A model generated the notes under the pieces. It saw only the letters and a list, made by a program, of their open reading frames with translations, made no database searches and was not told the DNA's origin. DNA of 64,000 bases from Bilabrum cf. latius (Eukaryota): contig OZ237740.1 of the NCBI GenBank assembly GCA_965178125.1, positions 1,054,001 to 1,118,000 on the forward strand, written 5' to 3'. Shown piece after piece: positions 36,962-47,917 of this stretch (the stretch's first letter is position 1; each line of letters begins with the position of its first letter). The position numbers were made by a program, and so were the translations under genes.

Positions 36962-39316
36962 ATGGGGACCAAAACTGAACTGCTACTTGGTACAGCTGGC
37001 TTCTTGATATCCCTTGCAGTGGCTGGGGGTGTAGCCGGGTTGCTATTGCCCGGCAAGCTAGGCGAGGCTGGCACTTTGATCGGGCTCACGTTCATGTGGT
37101 ACGCCGTCGCCATCGGCCTCACCCTGCTCAACAAGTACCTCTTTAGCTATCTCGAGGGCGGCGAATTCGATTTTCCCGTTAGCTTGTCGGCTTGTCATTT
37201 GATATTGTAGTTTATCGTAGCGTCGCTGCTTATGAAGCTGCGCCTCAACCTGAAAGCCTGCGGAAGCGGGTCGCCTAAGGCTGCCAGTGAGGCAAAGCTA
37301 CAGGCAAAATTGTTCGAGTGGGCCAACTTCGTATCGCTGGCCCTTCCGGTGGGTTGTGCCACGGCGGCAGACATTGGGCTCAGCAATTGGTCCGTCACAC
37401 GAGTCCCAGTTGCAGTCTACACCGTCGCAAAGGGTTCGTCGGTGGTGTTCAATCTAGTTTTTAGCATCCTCATGGGATACTAGCGCTTCTTTCCGTCGGT
37501 GGTGGGGATCATTTTGCTTATCTTTGCCGGCGTAGCCATGACTAGCTTCCCGAGCAAATCCGAAATGCATGAGCCGGACCCCGAGCAAATCCGGAACGGG
37601 ACGGCCACTCTTGCGCCAGACCAGGCTGAAAACAGCAGCTCCGTTGATGACGACGTGCGCACGGCCACACTGATCGCAGGGACGCTGGCCGCAGTCGGCG
37701 CCGCCATGGCGAATGCCCTCCGATGGGTGGGCACCGAGCGCATGATGAGGAAGGCCGAAGAAGGTGGCGCATGGAACAACGCAGCGGGCGGTTTCGGGTA
37801 GGGGATGAGCAGTGCGGCCGCTATTGAGGACAAGGGGCTGGGCCTGCGGGGCTCCCCCGGGACCGGAGCCCTGGCCAGCAGTGTAGCCCTGTCTGCTCGC
37901 CCCGATGGTGGTGGAGTGTTGGCGGCCGGGCATGGCCGGGGAGCGAGGGATGGTGGAATTGGTGGCTTGCAGGGCAGCAAGGTCGGCAAGATGGCAGGCT
38001 TGCAGGGCAGCAAGGTCGGCAGGGCGGCAGGTGGTTTTGGCGATGACGCTATGCCTGATACAGAGGCGTCGATTGCGGCTGCGTTTGGCATGGGCAGCGG
38101 GAATAGGGGGTATCGAGCGTCAACCCATGATGAAAGTGGGGCGCGACACGGTCGGGCTGCGAGGGGGGGCCGCGGGGGTAGCCGACGGGGGCAGGACGAG
38201 GACACGCTTGTGTTTGCTGGCGGTGAAGATGGTACGATTGGAGATGTGCTGGAACTGCCGCAAGGGTCATCGATAGACTTGGAGAAGCAGGGGCTGCTGG
38301 CAGGGTCAGAGTCCGACGAGGCCGAGGATGCGAGCGGGGCGCATGGGCTTGGCGAACTTGACAATGGCGGTTTGCTCGGAGCAGACAGACTTGCAAGAGC
38401 TGGATCAGAGGTTGGAATGCCGAGAGGAGCTCTCGGCATGACCCCGACGACACGGGGGGCACATCTCCAAGGCGGGGGCAGGGCTGGCACGGGTGCTTTG
38501 GACACGGACACCGGCGGGGCAGGCACCGCGACAGGGAACTAGGGCGGGCAGGGGGGCGCGTCATCTTTAGCTCTAGATGGACGGGCTGGGGTGCGTCGCT
38601 TGGCGGGAAACGAACTCGACGGCGGGGCGCTCGGACCCACTCCTGCAGCTTTTGGTTAGGGCACTGCGGACGTCAACGGAGACAGGGGCACAGACACCAG
38701 CTCGTCGACGGTCGTAGCAGCAGCAGTCCCTAGTGGTGAGAGGGAGGAACGCGGGGGGCACGTCAAGGTCGATCCTGTGCTTCTGCTGTCCGTTGTGGCC
38801 CCGGCATCGGCTGCCATGCTGCTTGGCCCCGCCCTGCTTTTGGAGGGGACGGGCATGGCTGCGTCCAGGGTCTGGCACACTGCGGGAGATGCTCCGGTGG
38901 CCTGGCTGGGTCTGCTGGGGGGAGGCCTGGCTGCCTTCATCCTGCTCTTTGCCGAGATGGGTGTGATCTCACGGACGAGTGCGCTCACCATCACGGTGAT
39001 TGGACACGCAAAGGAGACGCTGGTCATCCTTCTGTCCGTGGCAGTGTACGGGGACTAGTTGTCGGCGCTCAACGTGTGCGGGATCTTCGTAGCAATGGCG
39101 GGGATGGTTCTGTACTCGTGGTCCAAGCTTTCTAAGCGAGACGGGCCGGAAGAAGAAACCAGCGGTAGCAGTGCCAGTGGCGCAGGCGTGCACGGAGGGG
39201 CCGGGAGCGGCAGTGACGATAAGCCACTTTCCGCAGCAGCCGAGGAGGGGGGGGCAGGCGGTGCCCGACGAAGGGCGCCCTCTCCGGGCCAGCATAATCA
39301 GGCAAGTACAATGTAA
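36962..39316 (+). CDS. SLC35C2/YMD8-like nucleotide-sugar/TPT-family transporter with a long internal low-complexity loop
   Basis: WYAVAIGLTLLNKYLF, FDFPVSLSACHLIL*F, DIGLSNWS, YTVAKGSS, ALRW and RTSALTITVIGHAKE. TAGs at 37208, 37481, 37799, 38540, 38657 and 39056; ends TAA 39314-39316. Confidence 0.88.
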
Positions 39317-39599
39317 ATAGCTTCCATTGAATCTATCTGCCTGTTGTACGCACGGCTGTGCTGCCGAGATCTGTATTGGAGAGAAGCGGGCATTCATGCG
39401 ACTTGGGCCAGAACGGCGCGGGTTCAAAATCATTGCAGGCCGCAGCAAACAATCATAACCAAAGATACACCTCCACCTCAAGGCCAAACGTAACCGTACG
39501 CTGTGCGCCCATCAACGACCAAGAAAGGTGTTGTCCGGGAAAGCGGAGAAATTGCACCGCTTCGGTGCTGCTGATGCCCCCTGCCCTTTTGGGCCTGCC

Positions 39600-40133
39600 T
39601 CACTTTTGGCGACGAAAGACTCTCTTAATAACGATCGGATCCCGCTTAGGATCGTTCGGAACGAGCTTGAGTATGTCTTGCAAAGTATCGTCGTCCGCCA
39701 ATGCAGCTGCCATACTTGGCTTCCCGATTTTCTCATCCTTCGGAAGATCCATCGCGTACCCTTTACCGCCATCTGTGATACTAATATCAGCTTGTATCTT
39801 GGTTCCGTCGCCCCGCACCCACGGCATTGATTTTCCTGGTTTAACGTGGTTTTGATTAGTCCGCATCGCAGTAGTCATGGACCAGTCCATGGCAGTCTTT
39901 TCCTTGTTCATCGTCAGCTTCAAAGTAGCTCCAAAAGATGTTATACCTTTTCTTACAAGCCACGGCACGCCAACTTCGGCTAGGAATGGATCCATGGAGT
40001 CTGACACAGATTTATCTAGAATCCAAGTCCCATCCAACCTCTCGACAAAGGTGGTAGCACTCGCGACAGCATCAGCATCCTCTTTCGACTCAACGATTGC
40101 AACAGCTTTAGCGGGATCAGCAACGGCTGCCAT
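39600..40133 (-). CDS. FABP/lipocalin (calycin)-like small beta-barrel protein
   Basis: LDGTWILDKSVSDSMDPFLAEVGVPWLVRK matches the FABP-type N-terminal pattern GxWxL...fl..lGv...RK. No TAG; ends TGA. Confidence 0.6.
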   Translation of the reverse strand: MAAVADPAKAVAIVESKEDADAVASATTFVERLDGTWILDKSVSDSMDPFLAEVGVPWLVRKGITSFGATLKLTMNKEKTAMDWSMTTAMRTNQNHVKPGKSMPWVRGDGTKIQADISITDGGKGYAMDLPKDEKIGKPSMAAALADDDTLQDILKLVPNDPKRDPIVIKRVFRRQK

Positions 40134-40287
40134 GGGATCTGTCTGCCGACCAATACACTAGTAAATGCTGCGTATGCTGCGCCACGCAGCACGACATGAA
40201 GAACCGGAACAACCCGCTGAGACATGGCGGTGTGACGAGCGCAGAATCTCCGACATGAACTCACACTTCTGGATGCTGTACACGACG

Positions 40288-42177
40288 TCAGCCCGAGCCA
40301 AGTATGGCACTGCCCGCTACTCGTGCCGAGCACACACCGAAGGCAGGCACAGGCACCGTCGCCCCGGCCCCGCTGGTCCACAGCAGACCGGGGTCCTTCT
40401 CCCCAGCGCGAACCCAGGACGCGGGGCCTTCCCTGGCAGTGACACAGGTCCACTGCGCCGCTTCCAGCTAATGTACCTACTCGGCTGCATGGGGATCTGC
40501 AAGGCCCGCCAGCACGCCAGACACATCCACATCCTGTGGATGCGGCTGCGCGTTTAGAAGGAAAGCCCCGTCCGCTGCTTGTGCCTGCTACGATGCTGCG
40601 CCTGAATCCTGCGGGGCACCACCTCGTCGAAACGCGAGCCCTTGCACCACCTCAAAGCCGTAGTCCATGCCGCGGGTATAATTGATCTCGCCTTTGCTCC
40701 TGGCTGCACCGACGGATGCGGTCGAGATGGGTGCACCACTATCGTTCCGATTGCCAACAAACTGCAACCTGCCAACAAACACGGTCGTGTTAGCCATGCT
40801 AGCACCACTCCTGCGCGACGTGCCTTCCCTGGCGCCTGAAGCGCCCGCCAGGACGGACAGGGCCACGCCGGGCCCAGTTAGCGTGTTTGGCTCGACCAGC
40901 TGCGCCAGCCCGCAACAGAGCCCGTAGAATGTACCGTTGAAGCTATGGATTGCAGCGAACAGCGGTGATCCCTGCAGGACATGGAAAAATGCGCTACCCA
41001 CGCCCGGCGTGCCCAGCGTGCTCGTCGCCCAGCTAGCGGCGTACATGGCATGCGCCCAGCTCAGCCGTGCAGGGCCGCAAAATGACACAAAGTTGGCCTC
41101 CGTTACGTGCGCCTCGCGAAACACCTGCCCGCCCTGAAGCGAGAGCACAGACTGCACGGCTCTGGTTACATTGCGGGCCCCGCTGGCAGCCTGTCCCATC
41201 ACCGCCTTCCAGCCGGCGCCGGTTGCTTCAGACAACCTCCCCAGCTCCTCTCGCTGGGAGGACTGGTTGCCAAACACCGAGGTACTCGGACACAGGGTGC
41301 CGAGATCGTCCAAACCGTCCCATGTGTACGTGTGCAGTATCACAGAGTCTACCAGAGGATCCACCTCGTCTTGCGCGCGGCTGGTTCCGGCCCCGGCAGA
41401 AGCAGCAGCTGACCGTGACGTGCTTGCAATCCCGTCGGCCACCCCAGCGTTCCAGCTCTCCCAGCGCGGCAGGACCCACCCTGAAGCCAGGCCACGACCA
41501 ACGTAATATCCGCTGGCTGCAAATAAAGGTAGCGGTCGCCCCGGGCGGGCGGTGCCCGGCGCGCACCGGAGCTGTCGTTCTCGTCGTCCCCCGGCAGCAC
41601 GTGCTCGCTCGACTGTGGGCCCTGCACTGGGGGGGGCATCAGATGCTCCGCATAGCCGTGCGGCTGCGAGCAAAGCAAACGACTCGGCGTAAATACCGTA
41701 GGATGTTCCGTTCGGAAATATTTGCAGCATCCTCGGCGTTGTTCCGTAGATTTCGTTGCCAATCTCAACGAGCTCGACCCGGCTACCCGCCTCTTCTGCC
41801 TGTTGGCACGCCGATTCCAGAAATTCGAGTTGTTCGTCAACGGAAGAGCTGAGAATATTCAGCACTAGTGAAATGCCCGCGCCCATTTTCGCGCTGCCTT
41901 CCGCGCCATGCAGCACAGTGTAGTTGAGGTATGGAGCAACCCTATATTGAGCCGGCAGATCCGGCAGCGACACGTTAAAGCCGCCGTGTCTCCAGTCCCA
42001 CCAATTGCTAACGGTTCCTCCCGGATAGCGGACCAGGGCAGGAAGCAGCTTGGAACCTGTGCTGGTTAGCGCTGGGTCTTGGAACGTCCCATCATTTCTA
42101 GACACAAACTCTACATTGAAACCGAGCGGCCCGCCTTGGAACTGCAAACCTGATAATCCAGCTAAAGTCGCAATCAT
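40288..42177 (-). CDS. Clan GH-A glycoside hydrolase (GH79/heparanase-like or related); start uncertain
   Basis: RYPGGTVSNWWDW, acid/base VEIGNEIY, ILHTY and nucleophile-like HVTEAN. TAGs at 40588, 40477 and 40468; stop TGA 40288. Confidence 0.72.
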
Positions 42178-42327
42178 TGCGGTTGATGAATTCATGGATT
42201 GAAGCTGGATTTCTGAAATCTGAAAAAGTCGTATCATTACATTCACTCATCATCATCACCTTCGAGATCTCACAATGGACCCTCGTCCAAAGCTCAAACT
42301 CTGTGGCACTCGTCGAGGCTCCCGAGT

Positions 42328-45300
42328 TCACTCAGGATGACCTAGCAGCACCTATTGCCCGCCGTGGTGGGGTTGTGGTGCAGCTAAGGCTCCTGGATCC
42401 TCGGGCTCGACCTCTTGAGGAGGTGCTTCACCAGGGCCAGCAGCTGCGGCTGCTCCTCCCTGGGCTCCACTCTGCGCATTGAGTGCGACCGGCATGATTC
42501 CTTGCTGCTGGTTGAATTCAGCTTCGGCCTGCTCAGCTACTGCTGCAAGTGCTGCGGCATCTGCCGCTTCACCTGCAGCTGCCACTGCTGCTGCTTCCTG
42601 TTGCTACTCTGCTCTCTCTGCGTCCTGCGTCCTTTCCTCCTCCTCGGCAATAGCACGACGGGTAGTAACCAGCTGAACATGCTTGTAATAGTCGTTCATG
42701 TACCCCGCTCGTGTCGTTGCCAAACCCATCGTGATGCGCCTGGCCCACGTCTTGACCTGTGCGTCCACGCTCTTGCTCTGCTCTGGTCCAACTCGCTCTC
42801 GCCTGATCCTCGCCAGTTCCTCCAAGACCTTCCGTGCACCGGTACCTAGTTTCCCGGTGTGAAGAACTACGAAGTCCCGAAAAATGTACTTCCCCGGGTA
42901 TTTCAGGTGTTTGCGGTACTGTTGGCCTGGTGCGTTGCCTCCTGGCGGCACCTGTCCTGCGATCAGCCTCGTCTGGTCCTTGGGTTGGTAGTACGTCTGC
43001 AGCTTCACCTACGCCCCTGCGTGTAGTGCGCTCTCGTCCTGCCAGTCTGACCCCATCCTCTTGGCCGGTCCCTTCGAGTCGTCAAAAATGCGGCGTGCAT
43101 ACTTACCTGTATGTGCTTGTGCCACAAGCACGTCGACGACTACATTGATGCCATCTTTCCTCGTGTAGATCGCATCCGCATACCTACCTCTCTCCTTGAA
43201 CAGCCCACGTGGTTTCATCGTTTGGCGAAATCCTACGGCGGTGTTGATAATGTTGCCGAGGATCCCTTCGATTTCCCCACTGCCTCGCGTGGCGAAGCCT
43301 TTCTGGAACGCGTGCTGTTGTCCTGTTCCGCACCGTGCCCAATGCAATGGGTCGTGCAGGTATTCCTCCTTACCACACCTGGGCATCGGGCAAATGTGGT
43401 TCTTCTCCTTCTCGAGGTCGTGCTGCCCCTCTGTCGTCAGCTTGGTCCGCAGCTGAGCGATGGGGCGCGCTTTGACGTAAGGTACGTACAGCCTGGCGCA
43501 TACCTCCTGTTGGAAGGTGGCTTCGGTGATGCCTCCGTGGCATTGCCTGATGGGTTCTGCTGTGTGTGCACTCCTGCGTGAGCGAATGCTGATCCGTACG
43601 TCTTGCACCTGTTGTCGTTGTAGCCGCGTGTAGTTAAGGGGGGACTCACCCAACAGTTGCCCTGCTCGATGCTCCAGCATGAAGCGTTCGCACTAGGCGT
43701 ACGCTGCTGCAGCCCTGAGCAGGCTCTGATGGTTGCCTCCCATGTTGACACGCTCTGGTCCTGCCTACTTCAGCTTCAGATGCACCCAGTCTGACAGGCT
43801 CTTGCACTCCATGAGCCATGCTGGGGGGTCTTGTATCGCCTTCTTTGCTCTTGAGAGGCGATCCGTCCCGGTGGACGGCGTCCGTTGTGTGGGTGGGGGT
43901 TGAATCGGATCTCCGGGGATCTCGAGTGATTTGCCAGGCGGGGGCATGATCACATTTGCCAACTTGGGTCCTGTCTGCGGGTCTCGAGCAGCTGCTTGGA
44001 ACTTCTGTGAGTTCCATACTGTCTGTAGGAAAGTGGGAAACAAATCGATGGCGAGAGGCTGGAATGGCTATACGTTCCGCTCGAGCTCGTTGGGTAGTTC
44101 CTTCTTGCCCAAAATCAGCCTTTTCATCTTGTCCAAGGTGTACCTGAGGGCCCAGTCCGCCACCTCCAGCAGGGGGGCACTGTGAAAGCCAAAGGAGGGA
44201 GCCCGCTGCTCAACCTCGCCATCTCTCGCTGGCTCGACCAGGGGGTCGAGGGAGGTCAGGTATGGTAGGTCGTACTTCTTCCCCATGCTGAACAGGCCCG
44301 GCACGACGTCCAGGCACATTCCTGAAAACATCGCGAGCCTTATCAACAGTGGGGGTACCAGACCTATGTCCAGGCCACCTTGCGCCTGAGACGAATTTCT
44401 TGCCTGCTTGGCAATGGCGATTCTGAGCTAATCGTCCAGTTTCTCGAGCATGGTCGAGTTAAAATTGGAAGCGTAGTCGCCGATCACTTGGGACAGGCGC
44501 TCCAACTTGGTAAACGTGCCGCTGCCTGTGAGGCCCAGTGTGGTGCCCGACCTGTGAAGGTGGTCCCACATGGGTTTCACGCAGTCTCGGAACGCTCGGA
44601 AGGCCTCGGAAGGCGGCAGCTGCACACAGAACATGCTCAGCTGACAACACCTCTTGACTCTGTCCTTGACGAACTCCTCCACGAACTGCCGCTTGTTGGA
44701 GATGGGCACCCCAGACACGACCATCCCGTCGGCTTGGGTGCGTCCCTCCAGCCGGCCTGCGGCAATCGAGGCACTGACCTGAGTCAGTGCATCTGAGGAG
44801 GTCGAATAGAACGCTGTCTTGCTGCCTTGCAGCTCGAGACCATCCACACTGAGTTCATGCTTCAGTGTGGCGAAAGCCGGGACTATGTCATCATGCAAGC
44901 CCAGCATGAACACGTCGTCCGCGATTGCAAGGAACATCACGTCCTTGCCCGTGTGGCCTACCTCTGTCCGCACCTTTTTCAGTGCTCGGTCGAGGGCTAG
45001 GCAGAAGATCGGTGCGCTGAGAGGGGAGCCCTGGGGCACCCCCTCGCAGTTCATTGTCACCTCTACCTCCCCATCTCCACCGACCACTGAGCCCAGTCCG
45101 GCTGTCCGAAACTGAGCGGCGACGTAGGGGAGCGCCTCGGACTTAAACTTCTTGAGTGCCTCAAGAACCGCTGCCCGTTTGATGGACCCGAACGCGTTCT
45201 TCGCGTCACAGTGCACCAGGAGAACTTCGTCTCGCAGGCCCATCACGAAACGTGCTGCGAAAGCGATCGCATCTGTTCCGCATTTTGCCCCACCCCCGAA

Positions 45301-46985
45301 CTGCTCTGGGCAGCAGTGCATCACCACGAGGGCGACGAGCTCTACTGCCAGCATGCACTCCAGAGGAAAGAGCAGGTTTGGTCTCACTGAGATCGGCCTC
45401 AGTTTGGTCGAGTTGGGTTTTTCCAGACCTAGGCGTCGGTCCAGGGAAAGGATGCTGTTCGTTACCTGAGGGACCCACCCCAGGAACTGATAGCAGTAGA
45501 ACTCCCACATGAGCGACACCAACTCTGGTGATTTCTTCATCACCTCAGCCAGAAATTCGCGCTTGAGCCCCATCGCGTCGGCTGCTTTGTCTCTCTTTGG
45601 GTCCATGGCGTATGGCATCTTCACCGGGAACCCGTCGGGGCCAATCGTCGGTTTCGATTGCTCCGTCTTCTTCGCCCATTTCTTCGCCAGAGACCGGAAC
45701 CGACTCTTCCCCGAGTCTGGTCCTGTTGGGCCCTCTGGGCAGTCCCCGCCTGGGCCTGCTGGGCGACCCTGCATCTGGGCTTGCAGGTTATTCGCAATCT
45801 CCCTCGAGCTTGCTGTCGACATCGTGTTCCCTTCGATCATCTACAGCGCTTGCTTGCTCTTCTTCTTGTGCACCATCTTCACCGCGCTCTGTAGAGCTGT
45901 CTCTTGCAGAGCTGGTGTCGTGAGACCGTCCTAAATCTCATGTATGCGGGCCACGATTTGTTTCCTGGTGGCCAGTACCATGTCTTCCTCCGCGGCTGCG
46001 TCCTGGAGGTCGCCTGGGTAGCACGGCTCGGTGACACAGCCATCGCCATCGAGCATCTGAAACTGCTTGTTCAGGCTACTTTTTCCGGGGGGTCTGGGTT
46101 CCAGCGGCTTTACCCATGCCTGTCTGGATTCTGCCAGCAGTTCACTGACCTTGGTTGCCATTGCCTGGTCAATATTCCAACGAATTGTGGGATCCGCTGC
46201 GGCTCTGTAGCTGTCGCACTCCTGGAGTGTGTACTTGAAAACCTTGATGAGACCATCTGCCGCCATCTTGATCCGCTCGGGTTCTATGTTGCGGTACACC
46301 GGTTGTTCCTTGCTCGGATTGTAGGTCAGTTCGTTGATGGCATCCTGTAGGATTCGCTTAATGCGCTCCACGCGATGCTCATCCAGAGGGTGCCCCCCGA
46401 CTCCCTAAGGCTGTCCTGCATCTCCTGTAACTTCTTCTCCTCCCTGTGCCTCTCCCTCTGGGGCACCTCCTGCCTGCGCTGCTGCTGCTGGTGCTTGCGC
46501 TGGCGCTGCCTCTCCCTGTGCCTCTCCCTCTGGGGCACCTCCTGCCTGCGCTGCTGCTGGTGGTGCTTGCGCTGGCGCTGCCTCTCCCTGTGCCTCTCCC
46601 TCTGGGGCACCTCCTGCCTGCGCTGCTGCTGGTGGTGCTTGCGCTGGCGCTGCCTCTCCCTGTGCCTCTCCCTCTGGGGCACCTCCTGCCTGCGCTGCTG
46701 CTGCTGGTGCTTGCGCTGGCGCTGCCTCTCCCTGTGCCTCTCCCTCTGGGGCACCTCCTGCCTGCGCTGCTGCTGCTGGTGCTTGCGCTGGCGCTGCCTC
46801 TCCCTGTGCCTCTCCCTCTGGGGCACCTCCTGCCTGCGCTGCTGCTGCTGGTGCTTGCGCTGGCGCTGCCTCTCCCTGTGCCTCTCCCTCTGGGGCAACT
46901 CCTGCCTGCGCTGCTGCTGCTGGTGCTTGCGCTGGCGCTGCCTCTCCCTGTGCCTCTCCCTCTGGGGCACCTCCTGCCTGCGCTG
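42328..46985 (-). CDS. Reverse transcriptase + CCHC + restriction-like endonuclease ORF of a CRE-clade-like non-LTR element (~1550 codons, 5'-truncated)
   Basis: LRPISV, PEQFG, DAKNAFGSIKRA, GVPQGSPLS, FLAIADDV, VSGVPI, QGGLDI, CPMPRCGKEEYLHDPLHWARC, RYADAIY...VVDVLV and KHLKY...FVVLHTGKLG. One frame across 10 TAGs (46405, 45931, 45841, 44428, 44068, 43765, 43693, 43009, 42604, 42352); stop TGA 42328. Confidence 0.88.
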
Positions 46986-46988
46986 CTG
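46441..46988. repeat. 72-bp coding minisatellite, ~7.6 copies (AQAGGAPEGEAQGEAAPAQAPAAA on the minus strand)
   Basis: TCCCTGTGCC recurs at 46441, 46513 ... 46801; only a few single-base variants between copies. Confidence 0.95.
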
Positions 46989-47020
46989 AAAAAATCTGAA
47001 ATCTGAAATCTGAAATCTGA
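46986..47020. repeat. (TCTGAAA)n heptamer tract, i.e. (TTTCAGA)n on the element strand; second tract at 42212-42227
   Basis: ctgaaaaaa-tctgaaa-tctgaaa-tctgaaa-tctga at 46986-47020, and tctgaaa-tctgaaaaa at 42212-42227. Confidence 0.9.
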
Positions 47021-47796
47021 TTTAGGGTCAAGCATAACCGAACAATGGGTGCTGCACAAGACAGCATAACCATGACGGTGGACTTTCGTCCGCAACCATA
47101 CAGATGAAAGATTCACCACTTCCATCTGCAGGTCCCATCCACTCCGTCTTCTCACCATCCATACAGACTTGCTCGTGGCGCCATCCGCCTTACCAATCTC
47201 GTCTGCAGTGCCTCGTTGACGTCATTCTACCTGTTCCAAAGCTTCCTTTCTCCGTCCCTCAACCTAACGGTTCCTCGGATCGCTCTTAGCCCAGTCCTGC
47301 ACCATATCTCCTCCATCTACTTTCGCACGCCTCTCATCTTCCGCTCATCCGGTCGTCCTCTAGGTCTCCCCCAATTCGTCCATCTCTCTAGCCCAGTCAC
47401 AAGAGTTGGCCATGCTGACAAGGATGTTCCTCGCCATCTCAGCATCCGACACCGCGTCGGGTACCTACTCCATGCGTTCTCCATTGCGTCCAGGAATCCA
47501 CTCAGTTCCTTCCTTTGCACTTCCTCCTTGATCCTGTGCACTACCTACCTCATCCTTGGAATTGCTGCTCCCTTGGATGACTCAATCGGCTCCGACTCCC
47601 AGGGTTTCTCTGTCCATGGGGATCGTCCATCCACCTCCTTCACCAGCAACTTCGTCGTCTGCTCCGTCGTGCCCTGGCCCGATTGCCATCGCTGAACCAA
47701 CCTCCTCACCTGACGCTGACCTTCTGGTGTAAGCACCGTCGGCCGTGGCAATATCATGCACCGAGCCTTAAGTGCCAATCTCCCAAGGTTCCCCCG
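47021..47796 (-). mobile_element. 5'-truncated 3' end of a second element: ~215-codon Trp/Arg-rich ORF fragment (stop TGA 47152), short 3' UTR, then the TTTCAGA tail
   Basis: The frame is open from the TSD at 47796 to TGA 47152 via TAGs at 47545, 47317 and 47227; there is no upstream ATG. Purine-rich sense strand, as in the neighbouring retroelement. Confidence 0.5.
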
Positions 47797-47917
47797 GGAT
47801 TTGCACGAAAGTGCAACTGTCCATTATAACGTGCTCTCTCTCGGCGACGCCAATACTGGTTTAGGTCTAAACATCCACCGACAGCTCTACCAAGACTTGA
47901 TCACAGTATACATTAGC

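Larger units (their letters stand above)
42213..47796 (-). mobile_element. Composite non-LTR retrotransposon insertion (~5.6 kb) flanked by a candidate 6-bp TSD GGATTT
   Basis: GGATTT at 42207-42212 and 47797-47802. Contains an RT-RLE ORF, a second truncated ORF and TCTGAAA repeats at both internal junctions. Confidence 0.65.

Noticed and set aside
46441-46988. CRISPR-like array
   Set aside because: Contiguous tandem units with no unique spacers, in frame within a retroelement ORF in a eukaryote.
47021-47027. TTTAGGG next to the retroelement tail (also single TTAGGG at ~15847 and ~16063) as telomeric targets
   Set aside because: Single isolated units; expected by chance.
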